Source: Acutalibacteraceae bacterium (GTDB taxonomy: Bacteria; Bacillota; Clostridia; Oscillospirales; Acutalibacteraceae). Taken from it: a stretch of DNA of 64,000 nucleotides. The first letter of the stretch is position 1. Each line of letters opens with the position of its first letter. Location of the stretch: the NCBI GenBank assembly GCA_045533205.1, contig JAZSHL010000047.1, positions 39,027 to 103,026 of the forward strand, given 5' to 3'. Both the position numbers and the translations under genes were made by a program. Positions 41,188 to 51,274 of this stretch are shown here, piece after piece. The notes below the pieces were generated by a model, which worked only from the letters and a program-made list of their open reading frames with translations, was not told the DNA's origin and ran no database searches.

Positions 41188-42458
41188 ATTATACCTTCTT
41201 TTTCCATAACTTTAAGAACTTCCTGAGCAGCGAACATAACGGCAACCTTGCTGCTGTGGAAATTAAGTCCGCCCTGAAGCCACACAGCAAAGGGCTCACG
41301 AAGCGGCGCATCAGCAGAAAGCTCAATTGATGAGCCGAGTGTAAACGCACCGGCAGCCATTATAACCTTGTTGTCATAGCCGGGCATTTCCCATGGCTCA
41401 GGTGTGACAAAGGAGTCAACGGGTGCACCCTTCTGAAGTCCCTGACAAAATGCAATGAGAAGGCTTTCTCTGCCGAGCTTCACAGCCTCAATTATATCGT
41501 GCCTTGTTTCGTGAATTGTGGGTGTTGAATCAAAGCCCATCTGCGCCATAATTGCACTTGTGAAAACAGCGGTTTTCAGTGCTTCACCAACAACATGAGG
41601 TCCGTTGAAAATTCCCATGAAAAGATCGCGGCTCTGCCCGAGTGTTGCACCTACTTCTTTTCCGAGACCGGGCGTGGTCATTCTGTATGCGCACATATCT
41701 ACAAGCTCTTTTTTTCCGGCTATGTATCCGCCTGTTTTTGCAATACCGCCACCGGGATTTTTAATTAATGAGCCTGCTATTATATCTGCGCCAACATCGG
41801 TAGGCTCAAGTTTTTCTGTCCATTCACCGTAGCAGTTGTCAACCATAACAATGGTATTTTTGTGCTTGTGAGCGATATCAACAACCTTTCTGATTTCGTC
41901 AACCGATAAGGTAGGACGAAGGCTGTAGCCTCTTGAGCGCTGGATATAAACCATTCTGACGGGACACTCGTTGAGTCTGTTTTCAATTGCAGTATAGTCA
42001 AGACGACCTTCGCTGTTTAAGCTGATTTCATCATAACAGATTCCGTAATTTTTAAGTGAACCCATGTTCTGATCTGCTGTGGAGCCGACGCCGATGACAG
42101 GAAGAATTGTGTCATAAGGTCTTCCCGATACACAAAGCATTGTATCACCCGGTCTTAAAAGGCCGAAAAGCGCAACGGTGAGAGTATGTGTGCCACATGT
42201 GAAATTATGTCTGACAAGGGCATCCTCTGCACCAACTGCCTGAGCAAACACTCTGTCAATAATTTCTCGGCCTCGGTCGTTATAGCCATAGCCTGTGCTT
42301 TCTGCAAAAATATTTTCAGAAACGCCGTTGTCTATAAATGCTTTGAGCATTTTTCGCTGATTATACTCTGTTACAGAGTCGATGTTTTTAAATTCTGTTT
42401 TTGCCTCAATAAGGGCATTTTCTGCAAAATTTTCTATTCTTTCGTCAAAATTAAACAT
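41184..42458 (-). CDS. PLP-dependent methionine gamma-lyase-like (YnbB / aluminium-resistance) family protein.
   Basis: N-terminal NQRKMLKAF...STGYGYNDRGR...VGAEDALVR pattern. Confidence 0.65.
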   Translation of the reverse strand: MFNFDERIENFAENALIEAKTEFKNIDSVTEYNQRKMLKAFIDNGVSENIFAESTGYGYNDRGREIIDRVFAQAVGAEDALVRHNFTCGTHTLTVALFGLLRPGDTMLCVSGRPYDTILPVIGVGSTADQNMGSLKNYGICYDEISLNSEGRLDYTAIENRLNECPVRMVYIQRSRGYSLRPTLSVDEIRKVVDIAHKHKNTIVMVDNCYGEWTEKLEPTDVGADIIAGSLIKNPGGGIAKTGGYIAGKKELVDMCAYRMTTPGLGKEVGATLGQSRDLFMGIFNGPHVVGEALKTAVFTSAIMAQMGFDSTPTIHETRHDIIEAVKLGRESLLIAFCQGLQKGAPVDSFVTPEPWEMPGYDNKVIMAAGAFTLGSSIELSADAPLREPFAVWLQGGLNFHSSKVAVMFAAQEVLKVMEKEGII

Positions 42459-43240
42459 TATATTACCTTTCTTGTTGCTGTTGCTATTCTTTCTTCTTTT
42501 TCGAAGCCAATATACTCGTAAAAACCTTCAGCATTTTCGTTCAGAGCAATAACGAAGCACCTCTTGCCGTCTTTCTCAAGTAAATCAATAATAGACAGAA
42601 CAGTTTTTTTGCCGCAGCCTGTTCTTTTGAATTTTTCACTGCACGCAACACCGCTTATCAGGGCAAAGCAATCATTTTCTGCAGCTGTAATTGCGCACGA
42701 AGCCAATTCATCACCGTGCTTTATGCAAACAGCTCTTGAATAGCCGCGCCTTTTTCTGAATGTAAAATCAGATAAAAACGATAAGTACGCTTCTCTTTGG
42801 TTGCTGAAGGAATCAGGAATCATGGTGCTTATCAAGCTGTATATACCGTGAATATCATCTTCTGAAGGCGATGCACATAATTCACAGTAAGAACCATCTC
42901 CGTTGAATCTGTAACCCTGCTTTGCAGTATAATTGCAATATCCGAGTGCCTTAAGACAGCCTTCAGCAGCTGTAACAGATTGCCATGTAATAACACTTAA
43001 AAAATCAGAGAGCTCTTCATAATCGGTTGCATCAGAGCTTAAGACTGTAAGTGAATCATCGAACAATGCAATAACAGTCAGTAGGCTTTCATCTTTGAAT
43101 TCACCCCAGAAGGTCAGAAAGCTGCGTTCAAAGCCATAACAGAGAGCATAGCAGGAAATGCGTGTGCCGATAATACTGCCGTGACAAAAGGCTTTCAGCT
43201 GTTTCAGATTACTGCTGTCGAGAAGCTTAAACATTAGCAT
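42458..43240 (-). CDS. Hypothetical protein with a C-terminal GNAT-like fold.
   Basis: C-terminal GVACSEKFKRTGCGKKTV...AEGFYEYIGFE. The start is either 43240 or 43234. Confidence 0.4.
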   Translation of the reverse strand: MLMFKLLDSSNLKQLKAFCHGSIIGTRISCYALCYGFERSFLTFWGEFKDESLLTVIALFDDSLTVLSSDATDYEELSDFLSVITWQSVTAAEGCLKALGYCNYTAKQGYRFNGDGSYCELCASPSEDDIHGIYSLISTMIPDSFSNQREAYLSFLSDFTFRKRRGYSRAVCIKHGDELASCAITAAENDCFALISGVACSEKFKRTGCGKKTVLSIIDLLEKDGKRCFVIALNENAEGFYEYIGFEKEERIATATRKVI

Positions 43241-44246
43241 ATTCCTCTGCCAGTGCTACTGCAAGGTCGTAGCACGACTGCATATCACTTTTCTGCGCAA
43301 CTGATGTGCCGGAATGAATATATCTGCACGGCAGCGACACTGCAATTGTGTAAACACCTTCACAGCTTTTATGAATTGCGCCGGCATCATTACCGCCTGC
43401 AACGGTTGTTTTCGTCTGAATGTTGATATTTTTGCCTTCAGCAATTTCGAAGGCTCTTCTGAACATGTCACGGTTATATATCGTGCTTCTGTCCATAAAT
43501 GACACTACAGCGCCCTTTCCCTGAACACATACATAATCCTCACTGTCCACAAAAGCAATGTCAGAGGCTGTTGTAGCCTCAAGAACGACAGCATAATCAG
43601 GTCTTACAGAGAACACTGCCGGGCCTGCTCCGCGACAGCCGACCTCTTCCTGAACAAGAAACGCAAAATGAGTGTCATAACTGAGGTCGCTGTCAATCAT
43701 TTTCAGCATAACAGCACATCCGAAGCGATCGTCAATGGCCTTTGCTTTGATTTTATCCTCACCAAATTCAACATAGTCAGATTTAAAGTATACAGCATCA
43801 CCCACAGAAACAAGCTTTTCGGCTTCGCTTTTTGATCCGACACCGATATCAATATACATTCTGTCAATTGAAGGAACCTTTTTATCTTCGTCACCCTCAG
43901 TCAGATGAAGCGCTTTGTTTCCGACGATGCCGACGATGTTGTTTTCACCAACAGTGACAGTCCTTCCGGAGATAACTCTGCTGTCAACTCCACCGACTGA
44001 TGTGAATTTCAGAAAGCCGTTATCACAGATGTATGTGATGACAAATCCGACTTCATCCATATGTGCAGTGAGCATAACCTTGTTTCCGGGCTGCTTCTCC
44101 CCTTTTTTGAAGGCAAGAATGTTTCCGAGAGCGTCAACCTTGTATTCACATTTATCTTTGATTTTTGAAATAATATATTCTCTTACTTTTTCTTCACGGC
44201 CTGAAATGCCGTCAATCAAACAGAGGTCTCTTAAGTAATCAAGCAT
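43227..44246 (-). CDS. M42-family aminopeptidase.
   Basis: LTAHMDEVGF and AIDDRFGC motifs. ATG at 44246 after GGAGG. Confidence 0.75.
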   Translation of the reverse strand: MLDYLRDLCLIDGISGREEKVREYIISKIKDKCEYKVDALGNILAFKKGEKQPGNKVMLTAHMDEVGFVITYICDNGFLKFTSVGGVDSRVISGRTVTVGENNIVGIVGNKALHLTEGDEDKKVPSIDRMYIDIGVGSKSEAEKLVSVGDAVYFKSDYVEFGEDKIKAKAIDDRFGCAVMLKMIDSDLSYDTHFAFLVQEEVGCRGAGPAVFSVRPDYAVVLEATTASDIAFVDSEDYVCVQGKGAVVSFMDRSTIYNRDMFRRAFEIAEGKNINIQTKTTVAGGNDAGAIHKSCEGVYTIAVSLPCRYIHSGTSVAQKSDMQSCYDLAVALAEEYANV

Positions 44247-45264
44247 TATATTTTTCCTCCGTTTCAAGAATAAATTCTGCAATCAGCCTTGCAGTGTTTT
44301 CAACATCATCGATATTGATTACCTCGTTTGCTGTGTGCATATAACGCAAAGGAACGGAAAGCAAAGCAGTTTTCACTCCTGCGCCTGCAATATTTATTGA
44401 ATCTGCATTTGTGCCTGTTCTTCCGCCCATCACATCATGCTGATAAGGTATTTCTTTTCTTTCAGCAAGGGCCTTCAGATCCATTGTCAGCTCTCTGTCA
44501 AGTGTCGGGCTGATGCCTATTGAAGGGCCTTTACCAAGAGATATTGTCTGAGATTTATCAGTATAGGGATCATCGCCGAAGCCTACATCAACAACAATGG
44601 CATAATCCGGCATTGCACTGAATGCTCCGACCTTTGCACCGCTGCCTCCTGTTTCCTCCTGAGAAGAAAACAAAACAGTAAGCTTAACATTGTCTATTTT
44701 GTCATAAACCATCTCAACGGCTCTCAAAATCGCAGCAACAGACGACCTGTTATCAAAGGCAGAAGAAGAAATGTTTTTTCCTGCAAGCTCATGCTGACAG
44801 CATCTGACAGTTATTCTGTCACCGATCGAAACAAGCTTTTTTGCTTTTTCTTCAGAATAACCGATGTCAACGGCCATCTTTTTGAGCTCAAGCAGTTCCT
44901 TTTCTTTGTCGCCTGACTGAAGGTGAGGCGGCACGGAACAGATAACACCAAACAACTCCTCTTTGCCGTAAACGGTAACCTCTGCACCGATGAGAGTTCT
45001 CAGGTCCATTCCGCCTACCTTATCAACAAGTATAAAGCCGTTGCTGTCAATACCTCTGACAACAAGACCAATCTGATCAAGGTGTGCATCAAGGAGAATG
45101 TGCACTTTTCCGCCTTTTGTTGTACCGACAACATTACTAAGTTTGTCACATGAGCAGCTCATAAATTCGGACAGATACTTTTCAGCAGTTATAGCTGCTG
45201 CCTTCTCATCACCACTTGTGCCGGCGGCAGCTGCAAGCTCAAATAATATTGATTTTATGTTCAT
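44239..45264 (-). CDS. M42-family aminopeptidase (paralogue).
   Basis: LDAHLDQIGL and AFDNRSS motifs. Confidence 0.75.
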   Translation of the reverse strand: MNIKSILFELAAAAGTSGDEKAAAITAEKYLSEFMSCSCDKLSNVVGTTKGGKVHILLDAHLDQIGLVVRGIDSNGFILVDKVGGMDLRTLIGAEVTVYGKEELFGVICSVPPHLQSGDKEKELLELKKMAVDIGYSEEKAKKLVSIGDRITVRCCQHELAGKNISSSAFDNRSSVAAILRAVEMVYDKIDNVKLTVLFSSQEETGGSGAKVGAFSAMPDYAIVVDVGFGDDPYTDKSQTISLGKGPSIGISPTLDRELTMDLKALAERKEIPYQHDVMGGRTGTNADSINIAGAGVKTALLSVPLRYMHTANEVINIDDVENTARLIAEFILETEEKYNA

Positions 45265-45301
45265 TATATACACTCCGCAATAATATTTTTATTATCATTT
45301 T

Positions 45302-45330
45302 ATTATATCCTAACTGTTAATAAAAATCAA
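45302..45330 (-). promoter_or_regulatory. Promoter for the M42 peptidase operon: TTGATT, 17 nt, TATAAT.
   Basis: Minus-strand hexamers at 45330-45325 and 45307-45302. Confidence 0.4.
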
Positions 45331-45369
45331 TACAAAAAAGAAAATGAAGACATCTGTTGAGATGTCTTC
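45330..45369 (-). terminator. Intrinsic terminator after the PHP phosphatase gene.
   Basis: Perfect 10-bp stem GAAGACATCT/AGATGTCTTC, 4-nt loop, then ATTTTCTTTTTT on the minus strand. Confidence 0.8.
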
Positions 45370-45373
45370 ACTG

Positions 45374-46195
45374 TTATAAATCAACTTCTCTGATTCCCTC
45401 AGAAGTAAATATCTTGCAGGCTTTAAATCCAAAGCTTTTTGCATAATCAGCTGCTCTGTCAAAGGCAAAATCAAGAGCCTCAGTTTTGTGTGCATCTGAT
45501 GTTATTGTTATGTTCGCACCAATGTCAGATAAGTGCTTCATGATAAAAGGTGCAGGATAGGGCCTTGTGTTATCGCATCTGAACATTGCACCGGTATTTA
45601 TTTCAAAGATAATATCAGGCTTAGCACTTATTATTCTGTCAACAGCATTTAATGCGGCTGTTTGATAATCCGAGTCATTTTCATCAAACTGACGTGTAGC
45701 TTCATTGAATTTTGTTATCAGATCGAAGTGACCTACCACATCGAAATCATTTTCGCAGATAAAATCAGCAAGCATATTGAAATAACAGCAGCACATCTTA
45801 ATGAAATCGCCATCAAAAATATCGTCAGCTGCCATTTTAAGGTAATCTGCATTATAGTCAACGGGATAAACCTTGCCGTCAGCGTGGAACTGGTGAACTG
45901 AGCCGATTGTATATTCAAAGTCGGATAAATCTACATCACAGAAATCAGCATCGACCTCTATTCCGCATAAAATATCAATTTCTTCCCTGAACTCTGCTTT
46001 TAAGGCTTTGATTTCAGAAATATATGCAGATACATCTTCTTTTTTTATTGCCCAGTCATTTTCATAATTCATCGGGCTGTGACAAGAGAACCCAAGACTG
46101 AAGAAATTCTTTTCTATTGCCTGAAGCGCCATCTCACGGGCAGTGTTTTTACCGTCGCAGAAAACTGTGTGAGTATGGCAATTTGATTTGATCAT
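45374..46195 (-). CDS. PHP-family histidinol-phosphatase-like protein.
   Basis: N-terminal CHTHTVFCDGKN and later H/D metal ligands. Confidence 0.7.
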   Translation of the reverse strand: MIKSNCHTHTVFCDGKNTAREMALQAIEKNFFSLGFSCHSPMNYENDWAIKKEDVSAYISEIKALKAEFREEIDILCGIEVDADFCDVDLSDFEYTIGSVHQFHADGKVYPVDYNADYLKMAADDIFDGDFIKMCCCYFNMLADFICENDFDVVGHFDLITKFNEATRQFDENDSDYQTAALNAVDRIISAKPDIIFEINTGAMFRCDNTRPYPAPFIMKHLSDIGANITITSDAHKTEALDFAFDRAADYAKSFGFKACKIFTSEGIREVDL

Positions 46196-46211
46196 TTATA
46201 TCACTCTTTCG

Positions 46212-46239
46212 GAAAAAGTCCCTGCAGAAAGCAGGGACT
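46212..46239 (-). terminator. Intrinsic terminator after the GH38 gene.
   Basis: Stem AGTCCCTGC/GCAGGGACT, 5-nt loop, with T runs on both strands. Confidence 0.7.
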
Positions 46240-46245
46240 GATTTT

Positions 46246-49200
46246 TTATGATTTGTTAGGTGTTTTCTTTTCACGGATTTTATGTCTTCTGTAGGCTCTC
46301 TTTTCCTTTGCAGACATTTTGTAATCAAAGCTGCGCTCTTTAATTCTGTCATAAAGTGCAGTGTAAAGCTTCGTATTATCACCGTCCTGAGTCTGTGAGG
46401 CTGCAAGAATGATAAGACCGTTATCATCAGGCAGAACAACAGAAGAAGCACCGCTGATATCAAGCTCATACATGAAGAAATAAAGCTGCGAAGCGGCAAT
46501 GTCGGCATTTGTGCTGTGAGTGTGGGTACACTCCCATGCAAGCTTATCTGTTTTGATGTTTGCAGTTTCTGCAAGATCATAAAGATCCCATTTACCGATT
46601 CTCTCATTGATAGCCTGAACATTCACAGGAACTGCATTGCCGTTGACAAGGAAATTATATGTTCTGTCACCATAAAGGCTTGCTGCAACAATATAGAGCT
46701 TTTTACCGTTTACAGGAACAGTCTGGCCTGAGCAGATAAGAGCATTATTGCCATCACCCCAGACATCACCTGTTCTGAACTTAATGCCGCAGCACTGAAT
46801 TTCCTTCGGGAAAATCTCACCTGGAATTGAAACGTTTACTGTCGGGATTGAGGCAGCACCTCTATTATGATTGAAGGTTACAATATCTGCATTGTAGGGC
46901 AGCTCAATTGTCGTTGCTTCTGATTTTTCAGAAACCTTACAATTTCTGAGCTTCAATGCAAAGCTCTTGACTTCATAAGGTGCAATATTGAAAACGAGCT
47001 TTCCATCAGTAACAATTGCGTCAGAAAGAACATCCTCCATTGCATTGACTTCTTTTGCAGATTCAATGCCGTTACCAAGGAAGAACTCAACACTTTCAGA
47101 ATTAAAGCATGAGCCTTCATTAAATCTGACGATTATCTCATCAGACTTCTCAGCTTTCTTGATGGCACGGATAATTACATTATTGTGGCTGATTGCGCCG
47201 AATGAATATTCTGTTCCGAGAGAGCCTGTGTGTTTGTCAGCAATAAATGCAGTCATCGGCTGATTATAGAAGCGTGCCATAAGCTGTGTATCGGTTGAAA
47301 CCTTGCCCTTATGTGAGAATATAGCATAGCCGTATCTGTTGTGACCGAATTCAAGCATACCCTGTACACTGTCATCTCTGTACCAGTTTTTAGGTGAATG
47401 GATAACTGTCAGGCGAAGCGTTTTGTTGTCTTTCATTATCCAGCCATATTTTGAGTCACTGAAAACAGAAACACCGTAGCTGCCGTTTGAATTAGTGATA
47501 TCTGCCCACTTCTGTGCAGGAACACTGTAAAGCTTTTTGTTGGCAACACCTCTTCTGATTGTGCCAAGACCAAGATCAAATGTAGCGGTTGTATCTGAAC
47601 AAGTGAACGAGAAGCCGTTATGCAATGCACGCTTGAACTCTCTCCATTCAACCTCGTTGTATACACTTACCCAGGGGCAACCTGCCGAAAGGCTGACATA
47701 ATATGTGAACGTAGATTTTGCAGCCTTCTGAACAACCTTAAGTGTCATTCTTACACTGCCTGACTCTTCAACAGAAACAATTCCTTTTTCTGCAAACTCC
47801 CAGGGATACTTTTTAAGCTCGTTATATCTTAATTCCCAAGCAGCATATTCTTTGGCGCCCTTATACTTATTGATTTCAAAGCATATAGGCTTGTTGAGAA
47901 GCTCTGTATCGCCCAATGTTTTATCAATGATTGATGAAATATTGCCGTTTTTGTCGATTGAAACAATATATTTGAAGTTTTCAATCATGCTTGTGCCGAT
48001 TCTGAGACCTGTATTGATTACACAGGGCTCGTCACTGTATACAATATCAAGAACCTTATATCCCAATGCCGGAACAAATGCTGCAACAGAGATATTCATT
48101 TCTGTTTCTGAGATAGAGTTTACCTGTGAAGGAAGCTCACTTCCCTTTGAGTCGTAAACCTTTACATGGGACTTACCGATATAGGGAATTTTAATATCAA
48201 CTGCTGACATTCTGGGCTGTTCAATTGTGTTGTTTATAACAACAGCAATTCCTTTAGTCCAAGAAGTGTCGAGATTTTTGATTATTTCTTTGCTTGAGCC
48301 TTCATAGGCGTTAGTGAGCTGATTAGCGCTGAGAATATAATCGTTCCATGATCTCTGATATACTCTCTGAACCGATGTACCTGTTATGTCATCATGGAAA
48401 GTATGAGCAATTGTACGCTTCCAGCCCTTATCAATTTCCGACTTGGGATAAGCTGCACCGCAAAGTGACATTGCAGCGACAGATGCACGTTCTGCCATGT
48501 CTGCGATTTCTTCGTTTCTTCTGTTGCATCTTTTGCTGAATGCTCTTGAAACATAAGAGCCGACACCGTGGTCTGTCATAACAAGCTCATTATTCCATGT
48601 GGGCAGCTTTATGCCTTCCTCTTTTGTGAGCTTATCAAGGTCATCAAAGAACTCTGTCGGTGAGGAAGAAAGAACCTTAATGTCTGAAAAATCGTTTGAG
48701 GCAATTTCATTGCTGACTGTCTTAACGGATTCTTCCTTAGGTGCTCCTCCCACATCGCCTACACCGTGATATGCGTATGTCCACGGAAGATTATATCTCG
48801 AAACATTGTTGTTAAGCTTTGAAAGAAGATCATTCTTGTTTCTGACATTTTTAAATGTGGTGCAATATGATTTCGCATCAAGTGAAGCATATATTGCCTT
48901 TCCGTTTGAGCCGTACCAAAGGCCGATATCGAAAGGAATGCCGTAGGCACTGCCCCATGAAAGCTTCTGTGTTGAAAAACCCTTGAGTCCTGCATGCTCA
49001 GCAATAGCAGGAAGAGCCCAACCAAAGCCAAAGCAGTCGGGCAAGAAAATATCATTGCTTCTTTTTCCGAATTTCTGCTCGAAATAAAGATTACCGTAAA
49101 GCATATTTCTGAAAAGGCTCTCAGGTGAAGGCACATTGACATCGCCGTTTTCGTATCCGCTGCCTGTAACATTCCATCTGCCGTCAGCTATGTACTTTCT

Positions 49201-49419
49201 CAGCTGCTCAAACTTTTCAGGATAATACTCTTCGAACAGTTCATATCTGTATGCACCTTCAAAATTGAAGCGGTAATCAGGATATTTTTCGAAAAGGGCA
49301 AAGTTCTGGTCGAGAGTTTCCTTAAGGCAAACATTGATTACATGTTCGAAATCCCAGTTCCAGACAGTATCAAGATGTGCTGTAGCAATTGTGTAAATTT
49401 TCTTGTCCTTAAAATTCAT
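46246..49419 (-). CDS. Glycoside hydrolase family 38 alpha-mannosidase.
   Basis: 1057 aa. N-terminal ATAHLDTVWNW motif and the typical GH38 size. Confidence 0.75.
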   Translation of the reverse strand: MNFKDKKIYTIATAHLDTVWNWDFEHVINVCLKETLDQNFALFEKYPDYRFNFEGAYRYELFEEYYPEKFEQLRKYIADGRWNVTGSGYENGDVNVPSPESLFRNMLYGNLYFEQKFGKRSNDIFLPDCFGFGWALPAIAEHAGLKGFSTQKLSWGSAYGIPFDIGLWYGSNGKAIYASLDAKSYCTTFKNVRNKNDLLSKLNNNVSRYNLPWTYAYHGVGDVGGAPKEESVKTVSNEIASNDFSDIKVLSSSPTEFFDDLDKLTKEEGIKLPTWNNELVMTDHGVGSYVSRAFSKRCNRRNEEIADMAERASVAAMSLCGAAYPKSEIDKGWKRTIAHTFHDDITGTSVQRVYQRSWNDYILSANQLTNAYEGSSKEIIKNLDTSWTKGIAVVINNTIEQPRMSAVDIKIPYIGKSHVKVYDSKGSELPSQVNSISETEMNISVAAFVPALGYKVLDIVYSDEPCVINTGLRIGTSMIENFKYIVSIDKNGNISSIIDKTLGDTELLNKPICFEINKYKGAKEYAAWELRYNELKKYPWEFAEKGIVSVEESGSVRMTLKVVQKAAKSTFTYYVSLSAGCPWVSVYNEVEWREFKRALHNGFSFTCSDTTATFDLGLGTIRRGVANKKLYSVPAQKWADITNSNGSYGVSVFSDSKYGWIMKDNKTLRLTVIHSPKNWYRDDSVQGMLEFGHNRYGYAIFSHKGKVSTDTQLMARFYNQPMTAFIADKHTGSLGTEYSFGAISHNNVIIRAIKKAEKSDEIIVRFNEGSCFNSESVEFFLGNGIESAKEVNAMEDVLSDAIVTDGKLVFNIAPYEVKSFALKLRNCKVSEKSEATTIELPYNADIVTFNHNRGAASIPTVNVSIPGEIFPKEIQCCGIKFRTGDVWGDGNNALICSGQTVPVNGKKLYIVAASLYGDRTYNFLVNGNAVPVNVQAINERIGKWDLYDLAETANIKTDKLAWECTHTHSTNADIAASQLYFFMYELDISGASSVVLPDDNGLIILAASQTQDGDNTKLYTALYDRIKERSFDYKMSAKEKRAYRRHKIREKKTPNKS

Positions 49420-49450
49420 ATTCTACCTCATGTATTTACAATTTTGATTG

Positions 49451-49945
49451 TTATTTTTTGATAAAGCTGATGCCTTTCATTTTAAGAGAAAGAGCAATAA
49501 TTGAAATTGCCTCAACAATTACATTGACCAGAATGAAAACGCTGTAGTTTTCATACACAGTGCCGTTAATCGGAGCTGTGAAACCAAGGTCATACTGTGA
49601 AACAACAAAGATAATGGAGAAAACTATGCTGATGATTGTCATAACAGCGTTGATTCCAAAAGCAATAAGCATAATTTTGCTGTCTGTAAGCTTGAAAAGA
49701 TAATCCTTATTGAGAAACAGTGTCAAAGCGAGCATAATCAATGAAGCAAAAACCAAAACAGGCGAAACAGTCAGAACATAGACTGCATCCATACCTGAAT
49801 GCTCAATACCGTTTGCAAGGTCAGAAACAGGTATAATCGTGTATGTAAGATAGGAACCGAGTAAAAGCACCCAGCTGACCAGTGCAAAAATCAATGCTTT
49901 AACAGAGAAAGGCTGTTTCAGAGTTTTTGTTGTATTTTCTGACAT
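49451..49945 (-). CDS. Hypothetical polytopic membrane protein.
   Basis: 4-5 TM helices. ATG at 49945 after AAAGGAG. Confidence 0.5.
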   Translation of the reverse strand: MSENTTKTLKQPFSVKALIFALVSWVLLLGSYLTYTIIPVSDLANGIEHSGMDAVYVLTVSPVLVFASLIMLALTLFLNKDYLFKLTDSKIMLIAFGINAVMTIISIVFSIIFVVSQYDLGFTAPINGTVYENYSVFILVNVIVEAISIIALSLKMKGISFIKK

Positions 49946-49967
49946 AAGGGAACTCCTTTCAGAAGAA

Positions 49968-51194
49968 TTATTCAACAATAAATTTTATGAATACTTTCTT
50001 ACCTTTTTTAACAATTACATGGCCTTTATCAAAGCTTTCAAGAGAAACAACGTCTGTGAAGCTCTTTGCTTTTTCATCATCAACAGCTACGCCGCCCTGT
50101 TCAATGAGTCTTCTGCCTTCGCCTCTTGATTTAATGATTCCAGCCTTGAGCATAATGTCGATAAGACCGACAGCGCCGTCAGTGAATTCATCCCTGCTGA
50201 GAACGGTTGTGGGCATGTTATCAGTGTTGGCACCGCCACCGAAGAGTGCCTTTGCAGCTTCATCAGCCTTCTTGGCTTCCTCTTCGCCGTGTACAAGCTT
50301 TGTAAGCTCAAATGCGAGGATTTCTTTTGCTTTATTGAGCTCACTGCCCTGCCATGAATCCATCTTGTCGATTTCTTCAAGAGGAAGGAAGGTGAGCATT
50401 CTGATGCACTTAAGAACATCAGCATCAGCAACATTTCTCCAATACTGATAGAAGTCATAGGGAGATGTCTTTTCAGGATCAAGCCACACAGCTCCACTCT
50501 GAGTTTTACCCATCTTCTTGCCTTCGGAGTTAAGAAGAAGAGTGATTGTCATAGCGCCTGCATCCTTCTGGAGCTTTCTTCTGATAAGTTCGGTACCGCC
50601 GAGCATATTGCTCCACTGGTCGTCACCGCCGAACTGAAGGTTACAGCCGTATTTCTGATAAAGCATATAAAAGTCATAGCTCTGCATGATCATGTAGTTG
50701 AATTCGAGGAATGAAAGTCCCTTTTCCATTCTCTGCTTATAGCATTCTGCTGCAAGCATACGGTTAACTGAGAAGCATGCACCAACCTCACGAAGAACAT
50801 CAACATAGTTAAGGTCAAGAAGCCAATCAGCATTATTTACCATAAGTGCTTTGCCTTCTGAAAAATCAATAAACTTGCTCATCTGCTTTTTGAAGCACTC
50901 ACAGTTGTGTCTGATTGTTTCAACTGTCATCATCTGACGCATGTCACTTCTGCCGGAGGGATCACCGATCATAGCGGTACCGCCGCCGATAAGTGCGATA
51001 GGCTTGTTGCCGGCCATCTGAAGTCTTTTCATAAGGCAAAGAGCCATGAAGTGACCGACATGGAGTGAATCGGCTGTCGGGTCAAAACCAATATAGAAAA
51101 CTGCCTTTCCGTTATTTACGAGGTCTCTGATTCCCTCTTCGTCTGTTACCTGTGCAATAAGGCCTCTTGCAACAAGCTCCTCATATATCAGCAT
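49968..51194 (-). CDS. tyrS: Tyrosyl-tRNA synthetase.
   Basis: HVGH (HIGH) and KMGKT (KMSKS) motifs, plus a C-terminal S4-like domain. Confidence 0.9.
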   Translation of the reverse strand: MLIYEELVARGLIAQVTDEEGIRDLVNNGKAVFYIGFDPTADSLHVGHFMALCLMKRLQMAGNKPIALIGGGTAMIGDPSGRSDMRQMMTVETIRHNCECFKKQMSKFIDFSEGKALMVNNADWLLDLNYVDVLREVGACFSVNRMLAAECYKQRMEKGLSFLEFNYMIMQSYDFYMLYQKYGCNLQFGGDDQWSNMLGGTELIRRKLQKDAGAMTITLLLNSEGKKMGKTQSGAVWLDPEKTSPYDFYQYWRNVADADVLKCIRMLTFLPLEEIDKMDSWQGSELNKAKEILAFELTKLVHGEEEAKKADEAAKALFGGGANTDNMPTTVLSRDEFTDGAVGLIDIMLKAGIIKSRGEGRRLIEQGGVAVDDEKAKSFTDVVSLESFDKGHVIVKKGKKVFIKFIVE

Positions 51195-51230
51195 TTTAAG
51201 TCATCCTTTCAGTTTAATAAATTTCTTTAT

Positions 51231-51259
51231 ATTGTACTGTTTTATATCCTTAAAGTCAA
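51231..51259 (-). promoter_or_regulatory. tyrS promoter: TTGACT, 17 nt, TACAAT.
   Basis: Minus-strand hexamers at 51259-51254 and 51236-51231. The leader is only about 30 nt. Confidence 0.5.
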
Positions 51260-51274
51260 GGGAAACAGTATTTA

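Noticed and set aside
49344-49354. GTTCGAAATCC, which resembles a tRNA T-arm.
   Set aside because: It lies inside the GH38 coding frame. There is no acceptor, D or anticodon-arm complementarity around it.
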